NCBI GenBank assembly: GCA_002104905.1
Contig: MCFE01000307.1
Coordinates: 34,076 to 98,075, forward strand
Length of the DNA: 64,000 nucleotides
Reading direction: 5' to 3'
Source of the DNA: Basidiobolus meristosporus CBS 931.73
Taxonomy: Eukaryota; Fungi; Basidiobolomycota
In this document: positions 26,501 through 39,481 of the stretch, piece after piece
How positions within the stretch are numbered: position 1 is the stretch's first letter
Layout: the number at the start of each line of letters is the position of its first letter
Translations under genes and position numbers: made by a program
The notes under the pieces: generated by a model
Seen by the model: the letters and a program-made list of their open reading frames with translations, nothing else
Databases searched by the model: none
Told to the model about the DNA's origin: nothing

Positions 26501-27502
26501 GCCTATCTAAGGAGTTCAAGATGTCCAATCTAGGAGAACTCAGTTACTACATGGGATTAAGTTCTCAATAGATAGAGGTACTCAGACTATCACCCTAAGC
26601 CAATCAAAGTATATTCAGGATATACTAAAAAAGTACCAAATGGAAGACTGTAAACCAGCAGCTACCCCAATGGAGACAAACCTTGACATGGTCAAAACTG
26701 AACAAAATCAAGAGAGCTTGGTGCCAACTGAAAGCCCTGACTTTCCTTGGATCTGATCATAGTGCAGCAGTTAAGCAGATTTTTAGATGCCTAAAAAGTA
26801 CTGCAAATATCTGCCTATGATACACTTATAAGGATTCAGAACAGGATCTTGTGGGATACTCTGATGCTGATTGGGGACACAATGTGGAAGACAGATGATC
26901 CGCTATAAGATACACCTTTCTTTACTGTAAAGGAGCAATTTCACTGAATTCAAGAAAGCAACCAACCATAGCAGTTTCTACCACAGAGGCAGAATATATG
27001 GCAGCCTGTGATGCTACAAAAGAAGCAATGTGGCTAAGAAAGCTTTTTACAGGTTTAGGCCTTTGTCAAAAAACGCCTATTACTTTACTTCAAGATAATC
27101 AAGGATGTATACAATTAGGTAGAAATCCAACTTTTAGTGCTAGAACTAAGCACATAGATATTAGACATCATTTCATATGTGAAGCTATGGAGAATAACTT
27201 AGTTAGCTTAGTTTACTGTCCTCCAGATCAAATGATTGCAAACATATTTACCCAACCATTAGCTAGAGACAAGTTTGAATATCTTAGGTCAAAATTAGGA
27301 CTAGTTGGTATGAGCATTTAGATGAGTGGGAGTGTTGTAAAAGCTTGCAATTCCACCTAAATACTCACTTAAATTGGCCACCTAAATCATTACCTTCAAA
27401 TCCTAGTGATTACTAACCAAATTCCTTGTTGGGATTTACTTGGAATATTTTCACCAAAATATTAGCTACCCATAACATGCAAATACTTAAAGTTGTCCAA
27501 AC

Positions 27503-30500
27503 TGTTGTAAGAGTCTTGGAGATATTGGAAATGATTTGGAGAACAAGTAGATTATGTTGTTTTCACTTAATGATTTATTGAATGTAAAAGTAGTATTTAT
27601 ACTTTTACATGGTCTTGGCATTACAAACACATAGAATAGGTTAAGGAAGGTCCCAAGTACATGTGTGCAAAGTGTGGGGCTGTTTGGACAACTTTGAGAA
27701 TTTTCATGTTCTGGGTACCTGGTATTTTGGTGAAATATTCTAAGTAAATCCCAACAAGTAATTTGGTCAGTATTCTCTAGGATTTGAAGGTGATGATCTG
27801 AGTGACTAATTTAGGTGAATATTTAGGTGGAAATACATATTTTTACAACACTCCCACTCAGCTAAATGTTCATACCAACTAGTCCTAATTTTGACCTAAG
27901 ATATTCAAACTTGTCTCTAGCTAATGGTTGGGTAAATATGTCTGCAATCATATCATCTGTAGGACAGTAAACTAAGCTAACTAAGTTATTCTCCATAGCT
28001 TCACGTATGAAATGATGTCTAATATCTATGTGCTTGGTTCTAGCATGAAAAGTTGGATTTCTACTTAATTGTATACATCCTTGATTATCTTGAAATAAAG
28101 TAATAGGCGTTTTTTGACATAGGCCTAAATCTGTAAACAGCTTTCCAAACCACATTGCTTCTTTTGTAGCTTCACAGGTTGCCATATACTCTGCTTCTGT
28201 GGTAGAAAGTGCTACAGTTGGTTGCTTTCTTGAATTCCATGAAATTGCGCCTTTACAGTAAAGAAAGGTGTATCCTTTGGTGGATCTTCTGTCTTTTAAA
28301 TTTTGTCCCCAATCAGCATCAGAGTATCCCACAAGATCCTGTTCCAAATCCTTATAAGTGTATCTTTAGCAGATATCAGCAGTTCCATTTAGGTATCTAA
28401 ATATCTGCTTGACTGCTGCAATATGATCAGATCCATAGTTCTGATTATGTTTGCTGACAATTCCCACTGAATATGAGATATCTGGACGTGTTCCAAGCAT
28501 GATATACATCAGACTGCCAACCATAGATTGATAAGGAAAGTCAGGGCTTTCAGATGGCACCAAGCTCTCTTGATTTGGTTGAGTTTTGACCAAGCTAACG
28601 TTTGTCTCCATTGGGGTGGCTGCCGGTTTACAGTCTTCCATTTTGTACTTCTTTAGTATATCTTGAATATACTTGGATTGGCTTAGGGTGATAGTCTGGG
28701 TACTTCTGTCTATAGAGAACTTAATCCCTAAGTAGTAACTAAGTTCTCCTAGATTGGACATCTTGAACTCCTTAGATATGCTGGATTTAGTCTCTTCCAA
28801 TGTTTCTAGGTTATTGGCAGCTATAATAAGATCATCCACATATAGAGTTAATAGAACTGGATTTGCTCTATCTGGCTTATAGTATATACTATAGTCAGTA
28901 TTACTTCTTTTGAAACTCAAAGATTCCAAATAAGGATCTATCTTGCAATTCCGGGCTCCTGGTGATTGTTTGAGACCATATAGTGACTTTTTAAGCTTGC
29001 AGACCAAATGGGGGTTATCTTGGTCAACAAACCCATCAGGATGGTTCATATACACGTCCTCATCAAGTTCTCCATTCAAAAATGCAGTTTTTACATCCAT
29101 TTGATGAATAAAAAACTTATATTTGGCTGCAATAGCCAATATTATTCTGATGGATTTAAACTTGGCTACCAGTGCAAAGGACTCAGTATAGTCAAGTCCT
29201 TTTTTTTGAGAGTATCCTTTAGCTACAAGTCTTGCTTTGTATCTTTCAGTTGTACCATCAGCCTTTTACTTTGTCTTGAAGACCCATCTGCATCCAATTG
29301 ATTTTTGGTTGATTGGTAATTGGACTAAGTCCCAAGTTTGATTTTCCATCAGGGCCTGATATTCCTCAGTCATTGCAGATCTCCAAAACTTTGTCTGAGG
29401 GCTGTTTAGGGCCTCTTTTACAGTTTGGGGTTCATCAATATGGACTGAATAGGCATAGGCTAAGTTTGTACCCTCATTGATATAGTAATTTGGGCTATTT
29501 CTTGTCCAATTTGATCTCTGGGTATTTGATACTGGAATGATCACTTCTGGTATATTCCTGGGCACTGATTCTGGCTGAACCATGGTTGTAGAGTCCTCTG
29601 GAGTGAAAAAATTTTCATTGTTTTGCTCTGATTCAATCCTGACAATTGGTGGACCTGAGATCGGATTTTTGTCATCATCTGATGTCATTTTTTGTGAGAA
29701 TTTTGAATTTTCATCAAACAACACATCCCTGGACTTGATCAACTTCTTTGCTTTGGTATTGTAGAGTCTGTATGCCTTACTCTCATTGCAGTATCCTAAA
29801 AATATGCATTTTACACTTTTTGGTTCAAATTTTGACTGATTTCTGGCCAGTTTTTTGGCATATGCTGTACACCCAAATATTCGTAGATGCTATGCTCTTG
29901 GTCTGTATCCATACCATGCTTCAAATGGAGTAGAATCACAAAGTATTCTGTTATAACTCCTATTTTAAGGTATACAGCAGTGGCAACTGATTCCACCCAA
30001 AAATCATAGGATAATTTTTGATCATGGATCATAGATCTTACCATATCAATTATTGATCTGTTAGCTTGTCCTGCTACTTCATTTTGCTGTGGGGAGTATG
30101 GTCCAGTAGTCTCTTGCTTTATCCCATGAATTTTGGAGAAGTGGATGAAGAGTTTTGAGGTATATTCTCCACCATTGTCAGAGCGTATTTTCTTGATTTT
30201 TTCACCAGTTTCTCCCTCCGCAATGGCTTTAAACTCCCTGAACTTAGACAGAGCTTCTTCCTTTCTCTCCATGAAGTAGACCCATGTGTATCTTGTATCA
30301 TCATCAATAAAAGTGATTAAATACCTCGTCCCACCCAAGGATAAATTTTGCATAGGTCCACACAGATCTGAGTGAATTAAATATAATTTTTTCTTAGTTT
30401 TGATTAGCCCAGAGCTCTTGAACGGTTGTCTGGCTTGTTTCCCATATATGCAGGCTTCACAGTGCTTCAAATTAGCTGGGGGATCAATTTTCACTCCAGA

Positions 30501-32184
30501 AATTAGCTGATCTTTGATCATTTTACGCAAATAATCAAATCTGATGTGTCCATATCTCCTATGCCAAAGCATTGATGTTTCTTCATTTAAGTTACTTATA
30601 TTAGCTTCCAGATATGATGGAATATAAGTCAACTTGTATGGATTCTGATCTCTGATGCCCAAAGCAATATGAGCACCATTTTGATCAGTGATCCTGCATC
30701 CAGAATTGTCAAAACTGAAACTGAGTCCTTCTGCTGTGGCCTTGCTTACAGAGAGTAGGTTCTTGGCTATTTCTGGTACATAGAGTACTTCTTTAAAGGT
30801 CAGTGTATGACTTCCTTCACTGCTTCTAAGGTTTACTTGGATAGTTCCTTCTCCCACTGCATCAAGTGTTCTATCGTCACCCATGAAAACCTTCTTAATT
30901 GGAATTTCTTGATATTGGGTAAAAAGTTCTTTTTGGTGTGTAAAGTGTTGAGAAGCTCCAGAGTCAATGTACCACGTCTGAGAATCCTTGTTTGTGGTCA
31001 TATTTAGTGCAGATATGAATAGTCTATCTTCAGTTGTTGCAGCATTTTCATATTCAGGCTTCTTTTGCTGATAATCTCTCTTTTTGAGACACTGGTCTGA
31101 TGTGTGTCCATTCCTTTTGCAGTAGTTGCAAAATAGATTGCTGTTGCCTTTGTAGGGTCTTGGGTACCTCCTTTGTTGGTTATCATTGCTTATTAAAGCA
31201 TCTTCTTCTTCCTTCTTATTAGCACTTGATTTTCTTAATTCTTCATCCAGGAGCCTTCCATATAGGTAATTTAAGGTCAAATCTTCAGTTCTGGACTCTA
31301 AGGCTGATACAAGGCCCCAAAACTTGTCTGTCAGGCTATTCAGGAGGGTAACTATCACATCCTCATCAGTAGTTGGTATGCCCATAGATTCTATCTCATC
31401 TACCAGCAGGGTAATTCTGTTAATTAGATTTTCATTTCTTCTCCTGGCAGCATCTTTGTAGTAAAGAATTTCTGTCTCAGATACATCTTCTTGGCAGCTG
31501 AACATGACTGATAGGTGTCTTCTAATGCTTTCCAGGCATTCTTTGCCGTTTTTGCTTGTGAGCATTGAATTAGCAATTTGTCCTTGACATTAAGGCAAAT
31601 GCAGTTAAAGGCACTTTGTTCTTTCTTCTGGTACTTTAAGGCTTCCTCTCCCACATTTTTAGGAGGGCATTCTTCTCCCATGACAATATCCCAAAGGCCT
31701 CTTTCTTGTAGCAGCATCTTCATCTTCACCTTCCACACTTGGTAGTTAGATCCATCCAACTTTTCAGCAGAGGGGAAAATTCCAGTAATAGCAGTAGTAG
31801 ACATTGTCAAGAGTGACAGCTTGGGGCTCATAACCTGTTGTAAGAGTCTTGGAGATATTGGAAGTGATTTGGAGAACAAGTAGATTATGTGGTTTTCACT
31901 AAATGATTTATTGAATTTAAAAGTAGTATTTATACTTTTACCTGGTATTGGAGTAATAAACACATAGAATAGGTTAAGGAAGGTCCCAAGAACATGTGTG
32001 CAAAGTGTGGGGCTGTTTGGACAACTTTGAGAATTTTCATGTTCTGGGTACCTGGTATTTTGGTGAAATATTCTAAGTAAATCCCAACAAGGAATTTGGT
32101 CAGTATTCTCTAGGATTTGAAGGTGATGATCTGAGTGACTAAGTTAGGTGAATATTTAGGTGGAAATACAAATTTTTTACCACA
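27503..32184 (-). mobile_element. Copia element C, full length, inserted in the 3' LTR of A
   Basis: LTRs 31836-32184 and 27503-27850 (about 95% identical), TSD CAAAC (27498-27502 and 32185-32189), PBS and PPT present, gag-pol broken by several frameshifts. Confidence 0.96.
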
Positions 32185-33651
32185 CAAACAGCCTCAAACT
32201 TTGCAGACATGCTCTTAGGACCTTCCCAAGCCTATTCTACATGTTTGTTTGCAAAGACTATGTAAAAGTATAAACATTACATTACATTCAATGAATCATT
32301 AAGTGAAAAACAAATAATATACTTATCCTCCCAAATCACTTCCAATATCAGCAGGACTCTTGCAACAATTTGTACCCTTAGTGATATAGTGATTGGGGCT
32401 ATTTCTAGTCTGGTTGGATCATCTGGTTGGTGATACTGGAATGATCACTTCTGGGATATTCCTGGGGACCACTTCATACTGAACCACAACTGCAGCATTG
32501 TGTGGAGTGCAAAAATCATCATTGTCTTGCTCTGATCAATACTGACTTTTGGTGGACTTAAGAACAGAAGTTCATCATCATTGGTTGTCATTTTCTGAAA
32601 GAAGTTTGAATTTTCTTCAATCAATACATCCCTGGACTTGATCAACTCCCTTTCTATGGTATTGTAGAGTCTCTCTGTCTTACACTCATTGCAGTTGCCC
32701 CAAAAATGCATTTTACACTTTTTGGCTTAAATATTGACTGATTTCTGGGCAGTAGCCAGGCATATGCTGTGCCTCCAAGAATTCTATATCTTGGCACTTA
32801 GTCTGAATTTGTATCAGGTCACCAAATGGAATAGAGTTACAAAGCACTTTGCTATAACTCCTATTTTTGAGTTACAGAGCAGTAGCATCTGATTCCATCC
32901 AAACATCTTAAAGTCAATACAGTTCATGGATCCTAGATCTTGCCATATCAGCTATTGATCTATTTGCACATTGTTATACTCCACTTTGCTATGGGGAGTA
33001 TAGTACAGTGGTTTCTTGCTTCATCCCAAGAATTTTTTGGAAGTGGATGAAGAGTTTTGATATATATTCTCTGCCACTGTCAATGCATTTTTTCTTGATT
33101 GCACCATTAGTTTCTCTTTCTAGCATGAGTTTAAGCTCCTTGAACTTAGACAGAGCTTCTTCCTTTATGTGCAAGAAGTAGACTCATGTATATCTTGTAT
33201 AATCATCAATAATAATGATAAAATACTTTGTTCCACTAATGAATAGATTGTGCAAAAGTCCACACCAATCTGAGTAACTTAGATTAAGTTTTTCTTAGTT
33301 TTAATTTACCCAGAGCTCTTGAGTAGCTGTCTAGCTTGTTTCCAATATATGCAGGCTTCACAGAGCTTCCAATTTGCTGAGAGAGTAATTTTTACTCCTG
33401 CTATTAGATGATCTTTGATTATTTTGCACAGATAGTATATATATATCCATATCTTCTGTGCCAAAGCATTATTGCTCCTTATTTTAAGCAGCTGATATTA
33501 ACATCCTGATATGCTGAGTTGTAGGTCAGCTTGTATAGATTCTGCTCTCTATTACCCAAAGTGATACCAGCTCCGTTTTGATCAGTTATCCTGCATTTAG
33601 AATTGTCAAACTGAAGCTGAGCCCTTCTGCTGTGGCCTGACTTACAGATAG

Positions 33652-34859
33652 TGTTGTAAGAGTCTTGGAGATATTGGAAGTGATTGCAAGGACAAGCAGA
33701 TCATATAGTTTTCACTCAATGATTCATTGACAGTAAAAGTAGTTATATATATTTACATGATCTTGGCATAACAAACATGTAAAATAGGCTAGGAATGTCC
33801 TAAGAACAGGTGTGGAAAGTTTGGGGCTGTTTGGACAACTTTCAGAATTCTCATGTTCTGAGTATCTGATGTTGTGATGAAAATATTCCAAGTAAATCCC
33901 ACAAAGTATTTGGTCAGTGTTCCCTAGGATTTGTGGGTTATAATCCAAGTGACTAAGTTGGGTGAATATTTAGGTGGATTTACAAACTTTTACAACACTC
34001 CCACTCAGCTAAATGTTCATACTGCCTAGTCCTAATTTCTGTTGTAAAAGTTTGTAATTCAACCTAAATATTCACCTAACTTAGTCACTTAGATTAGTAT
34101 CCTCAAATCCTAGAAAATACTGACCAAATTCCTTGATGGGATTTACTTGGAATATTTGCACCAAAATACCAGGTACAAAGAACATGAGAATTCTCAAAGT
34201 TGTCCAAACAGCCCCAAACTTTGCACACATGTTTGTGGTACCTTCCTTAACCTATTCTATGTGTTTGTAATGCCAAGAGCATGTAAAAGTATAAGACTAC
34301 TTTTACATTCAGTAAATAATAAAGTGAAAACCTCATAATCTACTTGTTCTCCTAGATCACTTCTAATATCTCCACAACTCTTACAACAGAATCCTCATCT
34401 TCACCTTCCACACTTAGTAGTTAAATCCATCCAACTTTTTGGCAGAGGGGAAAACTCTAGTAATAGCAGTATTAGACAATGCAGAGAGTGACAGCTTGGG
34501 GCTCATAACCTGTTGTAAGAGTCTTGCAGATATTTGCTGTGACTGGGAAGATAGATTGATCATGTGGTTTTCATACAATGATATTTTGAAAGTAAAAGTA
34601 GTTTTTATACTATAACATGGGCATGGCATAAGAAACACGTAACATAGGTTTAGGAAGGTCTCATGAGCATGTATGCAAAGTTTGGGGCTGTTTGGACAAC
34701 TTTGAGAATTTTCATGTTCTGGGTACCTGGTATTTTGGTGAAAATATTCTAAGTAAATCCCAGCAAGGAACTTGGTCAGTATTCTCTAAGATTTGAGGAT
34801 AATGATCTAAGTGACTAAGTTAGGTGAATATTTAGGTGGAATTACAAATTTTTACAACA
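33652..34859 (-). mobile_element. Chimeric, internally deleted copia E: 3' LTR 33652-33997, RH tail, inverted LTR, gag start, 5' LTR 34511-34859
   Basis: PPT at 33998 and PBS near 34499-34510 are retained; about 3.8 kb of internal sequence is replaced by one opposite-strand LTR; the two outer LTRs are strongly diverged. Confidence 0.85.
34040..34388 (+). mobile_element. Solo LTR F of the main copia family
   Basis: TGTTGTAAAAG...CTTACAACA, 349 bp; flanks ATTTC and GAATC do not match. Confidence 0.9.
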
Positions 34860-35275
34860 GTTAGAGCTTATTTTTCTTAATTCTTCATGTAGGAGCCTTG
34901 TATACATGTTACTCAAGACTCATAGCCTGCTGTAGTAGTCTTGATGATACTGGAAATGATTGGGAGAGCAAGTTAATTATGTGACTTTCACTTAATGATT
35001 CACAGAATGTAGAAGCTGTATTTATACTCTTACATAGTCTTTGCATAATGCCACATAGATTAGGTTTAGGAAGCTCCCAACAATATGTGTGCAAAGTTGG
35101 GGGCTCTTTGGACAACTTTGAGAATTTTCATTTCCTAGGTACTGAGTATTTGGGTGAAGATATTGTAAGTAAATCCTAAAAAGGAATTAGGTTTGTATTC
35201 TCTATGATCTGTGGATAATTAGCAAAGTGACCAAGTTGAGTGAATGTTTAGGTGGAATTACAAATTTTTACAACA

Positions 35276-35513
35276 CACCATTCAACTAAATTTTCATAAT
35301 GACTAGTCCTAATTTTGACCTAAGATATTCAAATTTGTCTCTAGATAATGGTCCAGTAAGTATGTCTGCAATCATTTTATTTGTACAACAGTAAGCTAAG
35401 CAGACCAAGCTATTCTGTTTAGCTTCACATACAAAATGATGTCAAATATTTTTATGCTCAGTTCTAGCATAAAAAGATGGATTTCTACCAAATTGTGTAT
35501 ATCCCTAATTATC
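35276..35513 (-). mobile_element. Copia fragment G (RNase H tail and PPT) sharing the LTR at 34928-35275
   Basis: Aligns to B 19237-19470; truncated exactly at the CACTA terminus at 35514. Confidence 0.8.
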
Positions 35514-36287
35514 CCCTATGAGAAATAGTTTGGTCCCTCAGGAGGATCCAATGCAGATCAGCTGTCAGGATCCCATTTGGAGATCATCATAATACCAGCA
35601 ACTTGAAATAAGTGACCTTCTTGACAATCTTTTGACAGGATCACAACAGTATTTAGCTATTTTTACTGCTAAATAAAGTTAAAAAACTTGTCAGGGTTTG
35701 ATTGGTGCTTTTCAATAATTGCATGGCATTGTTGCGGTCTTAATGCACTCTACAGCTATCTCAAATGGATCTAACTGGCCAGTCCATCCAATTATCTTAT
35801 TTGGCAAAAAAATTGATGGTATTTTGAATGCCTCATTGCAAGTCTCTGATGGCATTATTACAGCAGTATGGTGGCCTACAGCTAGTTCTGTATAATGCTA
35901 CTGTACCAATTTACCAAATGGTATTTCCTTTTTCTACCTCCCCTTGTGCTATTCATATATTCCACTGTAGAACCTCCCCTCTTTATTTGATTACCCACTT
36001 CTACCTTGGGTATTCCACATAAAGTTTGAATCAAACTAAACTATGGCCTCCTGCTTACTGGCCTCTACAAATGCACACACCTGCTGCAACTGATATACTT
36101 CTGTCACCTCAACTTTACTACTTTCTAGTATGATACTTGCAAAGTTGCCACATAGCTTGTACTGCTGGTAACATATACATCTTGCAAGCATATGCTTGGT
36201 TGTTGCCACTTCTGCATCAATACCTCCTGAATATATGTCAAGAACGTTTCAGTATTTAGCCAATACATTCCTTCTCCCTGCTGAATT

Positions 36288-37186
36288 CTAGTCCCCCTTA
36301 CAGGTGCACTCTGGCTTTTGCTTATGTGAACTCCTTATTGAATTGTGTAGTGGCTGGCTTGTGACCATGAGAAATTTGTCATACCTTGGCAGAACTTTCC
36401 TGATGTACCAACTCATCACATCCATCAGAGACCTGAAGGTAATATTTATAATAAGACTGGTATATAGTAGTACCTGCAACTTAACTTGTCTTCCTATCTC
36501 CCCACATATCCTCTCCATAGGAAACCCCCAAAAGGTGAAGCAAGGGCCCATAATCTCCACACACCAGGCAAGATGGAGTGGAGAATAGATATGGTAGTGG
36601 CAGAGATCTACACATTCAGCTTTATGTTTGTAGTACAGTTGCTCCAATCCTGTAGCAAAGTCCTTGCACAACAACTGTAGATGTGTCAAGTTGACATTGG
36701 TGATCCAGTTCTGGATAAATATTTCTAGAATGTCCATATATGACTCCCAATGCTTTCAATATACCCTTGGCAGGAATGGCTTCAGAATGCCGCTTGAATA
36801 AATACATAGCCAGTTCATCCAGTCTTTGAACTTGGATTGTAGCATATGTGTATGAATATTAATTGGAGCCTGTGAGAAGTACCTAGGGTAGCAGATACTC
36901 TGCAATATCATGCCAATTCTTTCAGATTTCTCTGGTATCTCAAAAGGCTCATTTAGCTTGTAATGCCCCATGCACAACTTGGTCATCAGTATAGGGATAT
37001 TGTTGAAAAGCAAATGCATTGCTCCCAGTGGAAAGCTTTTGCTCCAACAGATACCCTCTATCTTAAGTATCTCCAGTTTCTGATTGATTCCATATTCTGG
37101 CCACTAGCTTATAGCTTGCCAACTTTGCTGCAATTGCATGCTTACTTCTTTATGTTCTCTCTGTGGAAAGATGATGTGCTTAGTGC
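36288..37186 (-). pseudogene. C-terminal part of the CACTA transposase of X
   Basis: MHLLFNNIP..., HIYSPLHLAWCVEIMGPCFTFWGFPMERICGEIGRQVK, typical of the Tnp2/Transposase_21 family; frameshifted. Confidence 0.8.
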
Positions 37187-38237
37187 TGACTGAACCAACT
37201 GAACTGGCCTGTAGTGCCACATGCTGACGCGTTCTTTTACTTGCTAAGGGCTCCGGTGGTTGAGGCACTTCATGTTGGTCATCATCAGTCAGTTCACCAG
37301 AAGTAACTTGCTGATGGTCTGGCAAAATGGCATGCGCAGGCCTGCCTTGACATGTTCAGATGGCCCTTGGCTGAGTTCAATGTGATGCAGCATGTTGACG
37401 CAACTTGGTCCGCTCCAATGGACTCATGTATAAATGAGCAGTTTGGCAAGTTCTTGTAGTTTTGCTCTGAAGCACGCGCGTTGACTCAATGCGGGGCGTT
37501 CTGGTAAAGGGTGTTGGCGTGGTCTGGACTGACGTGTGCTGGCGCGCTGTGGTTGCAAGAGATGGTAGGGAATCCAGCAAGGCGTGCTGGCATGATCTGG
37601 ACAATGTTGCTCATGGTCTGTATTCTTCCTCCTGAAGCTCACCATCTAATTCCTCAAGGTATTCACCTACCCACTGTCTCATACTTTGGAGCTGTTGCCT
37701 GGATGAGTCCTGTGTATATTGCTCTTGGAAGCCACTTAGCTCTACTAATATATCATGTAGTATATTAGTCATTTGAGGCAAAAACTCATTCAAAATCTCT
37801 TTGGTTCCCAAAGTTGAGGCACAAACAGACGTGTCCGGCCTGTACTGTGCAAATTGCACACAAAATTGTTCCTGCGTGGCTTCTTTGTCAAATCCCCTCA
37901 CTCTCAGCTCATTCTTGATTTCAATACTTGTCTTGTCATATATCTTTTTACATACATTGGCTGGCATCTTGCTGTAGAACTCATGCCACAGCTTTCTACT
38001 CAAATTCTTCCATCTTTGTCAACTCTCTGAGGTATCTAGTTCCGCTAGATTAATCAGTAGTGCCCAAATATCTGTATGAAGGCTCATCATAGACACTTGG
38101 GCCATACTAAAATCATTTGGCAAGAACTTGAACAGATCCAACATTGACTTTTCTGGTCCGGACCGCACTTGTGAGCTGGGGGATGGGTTTTGTCTGGGTT
38201 GTACTAAAGATGAGTTCAGGCTTGGTATGGGGACCAT
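37187..38237 (-). pseudogene. Accessory ORF2 of the Harbinger-type element, divergent from the transposase
   Basis: ORF pieces 38019-38237, 37611-38003, 37377-37604 and 37104-37325 are conserved in copy 2 (57527-58702); no domain recognised. Confidence 0.6.
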
Positions 38238-38596
38238 AGCAACGGATTTGGATACTTATTCAGCAGTATATTGGCATCAACCTGGTCTTATATGAAATAT
38301 ATATGAAAACTAATGTGATTGTTGAATTTTCCACATATTATGCATGATGCATCTTGGATTGTGTTGACATGGATCAGATCACATCAATTGCAGATTTCCT
38401 ATTTGATTATAGACCTATGATTAAAGCATCAATAAAAGTACCAAGGCATTGTTTGCGGATGATTTTGGCAACATAATGTTGGGATACATGGCAATTGATG
38501 GAGACTTAACCATAATGTATTAAACATCAGATAAACAACGCAGATTGCGCCAAATCAATTCAAACCGCCTCCATACAATCATCCACCAATTTTAAT

Positions 38597-39481
38597 ATGA
38601 CTTGCTCATCTGAATGGTCTTTTCTCATCAATCCCATCACTACCACTGGATTTCCTTTTGACACACAAGAGGAGATCTATTCCAAGTACTGTGGACCATC
38701 AACCCCAATCTACTCAAGGAGATCCCTTGTTAAGCTTCTCTGCTATTACAAGAACTATTGCCCTACAAGGTTTCATCCCACCATCCATGGCAATAAAAGT
38801 CCTAGAAGCTTTCATTCCCAGCTGACAGCAATGGAGAACCACCTTGCAGAGGGTATGAATGACTTGGAGCAAGCTTGGAATACTGGGTTCAGAAGCTCCA
38901 ATAGACTTCCATATCCCAGAGTGTTCAGCAACAGGTTCCATATCAAGAGTATTTTGGATACCTTCCCAGTGAGGATTAACAGACCTTCTAGTGAGCAGAG
39001 GCACTTTTATTCTGGCAAGTACAAGGCACACTGTGTGAAGTTTCAAGCACTGTCTGACATTGAGGGTAACATCATCTGGTTTAGTGGGCCATTTGCTGAA
39101 AGTAGGCATGACAAAGCACTCTGGGTAGAGAATCATCCTGAATTCAGTAGAGGGGAGAAATGTATGGCAGACTTAGCCTATATAGGAGAGGATTGTCAGA
39201 GATTAGGATGTATTACAGCTTATAGGAAGCTAAGGAATGGTGTGCTCAGCAGGAAGCAGAAGCTCTACCATGAGATATTTAATCATTTCAGAGTGAGGGT
39301 AGAGCACACATTTGGATATCTGAAGAGATTCAGCATATTGGCAGGTAAATACAGAGGAAAGTCATATATAGTAGAAAACAGCAGAATAGGCAAAATAGTT
39401 AAGATACTTATTAATGCACCGTATGTTCATACAAGAAGACATCCACTGAGAGAAATGTGTCTGGAGCATTATGAAGAGTAA
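38597..39481 (+). CDS. DDE_Tnp_4 (PIF/Harbinger, IS5-like) transposase, 294 aa, open frame
   Basis: ILDTFPVRINRP (D), YSGKYKAHCVKFQ, SGPF..SRHD, MADLAYIG (D), RVRVEHTFGYLKRFSIL (E). Confidence 0.9.
   Translation: MTCSSEWSFLINPITTTGFPFDTQEEIYSKYCGPSTPIYSRRSLVKLLCYYKNYCPTRFHPTIHGNKSPRSFHSQLTAMENHLAEGMNDLEQAWNTGFRSSNRLPYPRVFSNRFHIKSILDTFPVRINRPSSEQRHFYSGKYKAHCVKFQALSDIEGNIIWFSGPFAESRHDKALWVENHPEFSRGEKCMADLAYIGEDCQRLGCITAYRKLRNGVLSRKQKLYHEIFNHFRVRVEHTFGYLKRFSILAGKYRGKSYIVENSRIGKIVKILINAPYVHTRRHPLREMCLEHYEE

Larger units (their letters stand above)
18417..32367 (+). mobile_element. Copia element A (old host, degenerate), interrupted by elements B and C
   Basis: 5' LTR 18417-18765, PBS GGTTATGAGCCC at 18766. 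Gag is interrupted at 18887 and resumes at 23577. PR/IN/RT/RH remnants with many stops run to 27321, then a PPT. The 3' LTR is split into 27333-27502 and 32190-32367. LTRs are about 85% identical; flanks AAACC and ATTTG do not match. Confidence 0.9.
32368..35275 (-). mobile_element. Copia element D (oldest layer): integrase and gag remnants plus LTR 34928-35275
   Basis: 32368-33651 and 34860-34911 align to element B's integrase and gag; degenerate PBS GGCTATGAGTC next to the LTR; RT/RH half absent. Confidence 0.8.

Noticed and set aside
33647-34864. GATAG / GTTAG as the TSD of element E
   Set aside because: The two flanks align to host positions about 465 bp apart and the LTRs are too divergent; the 4/5 match is probably chance
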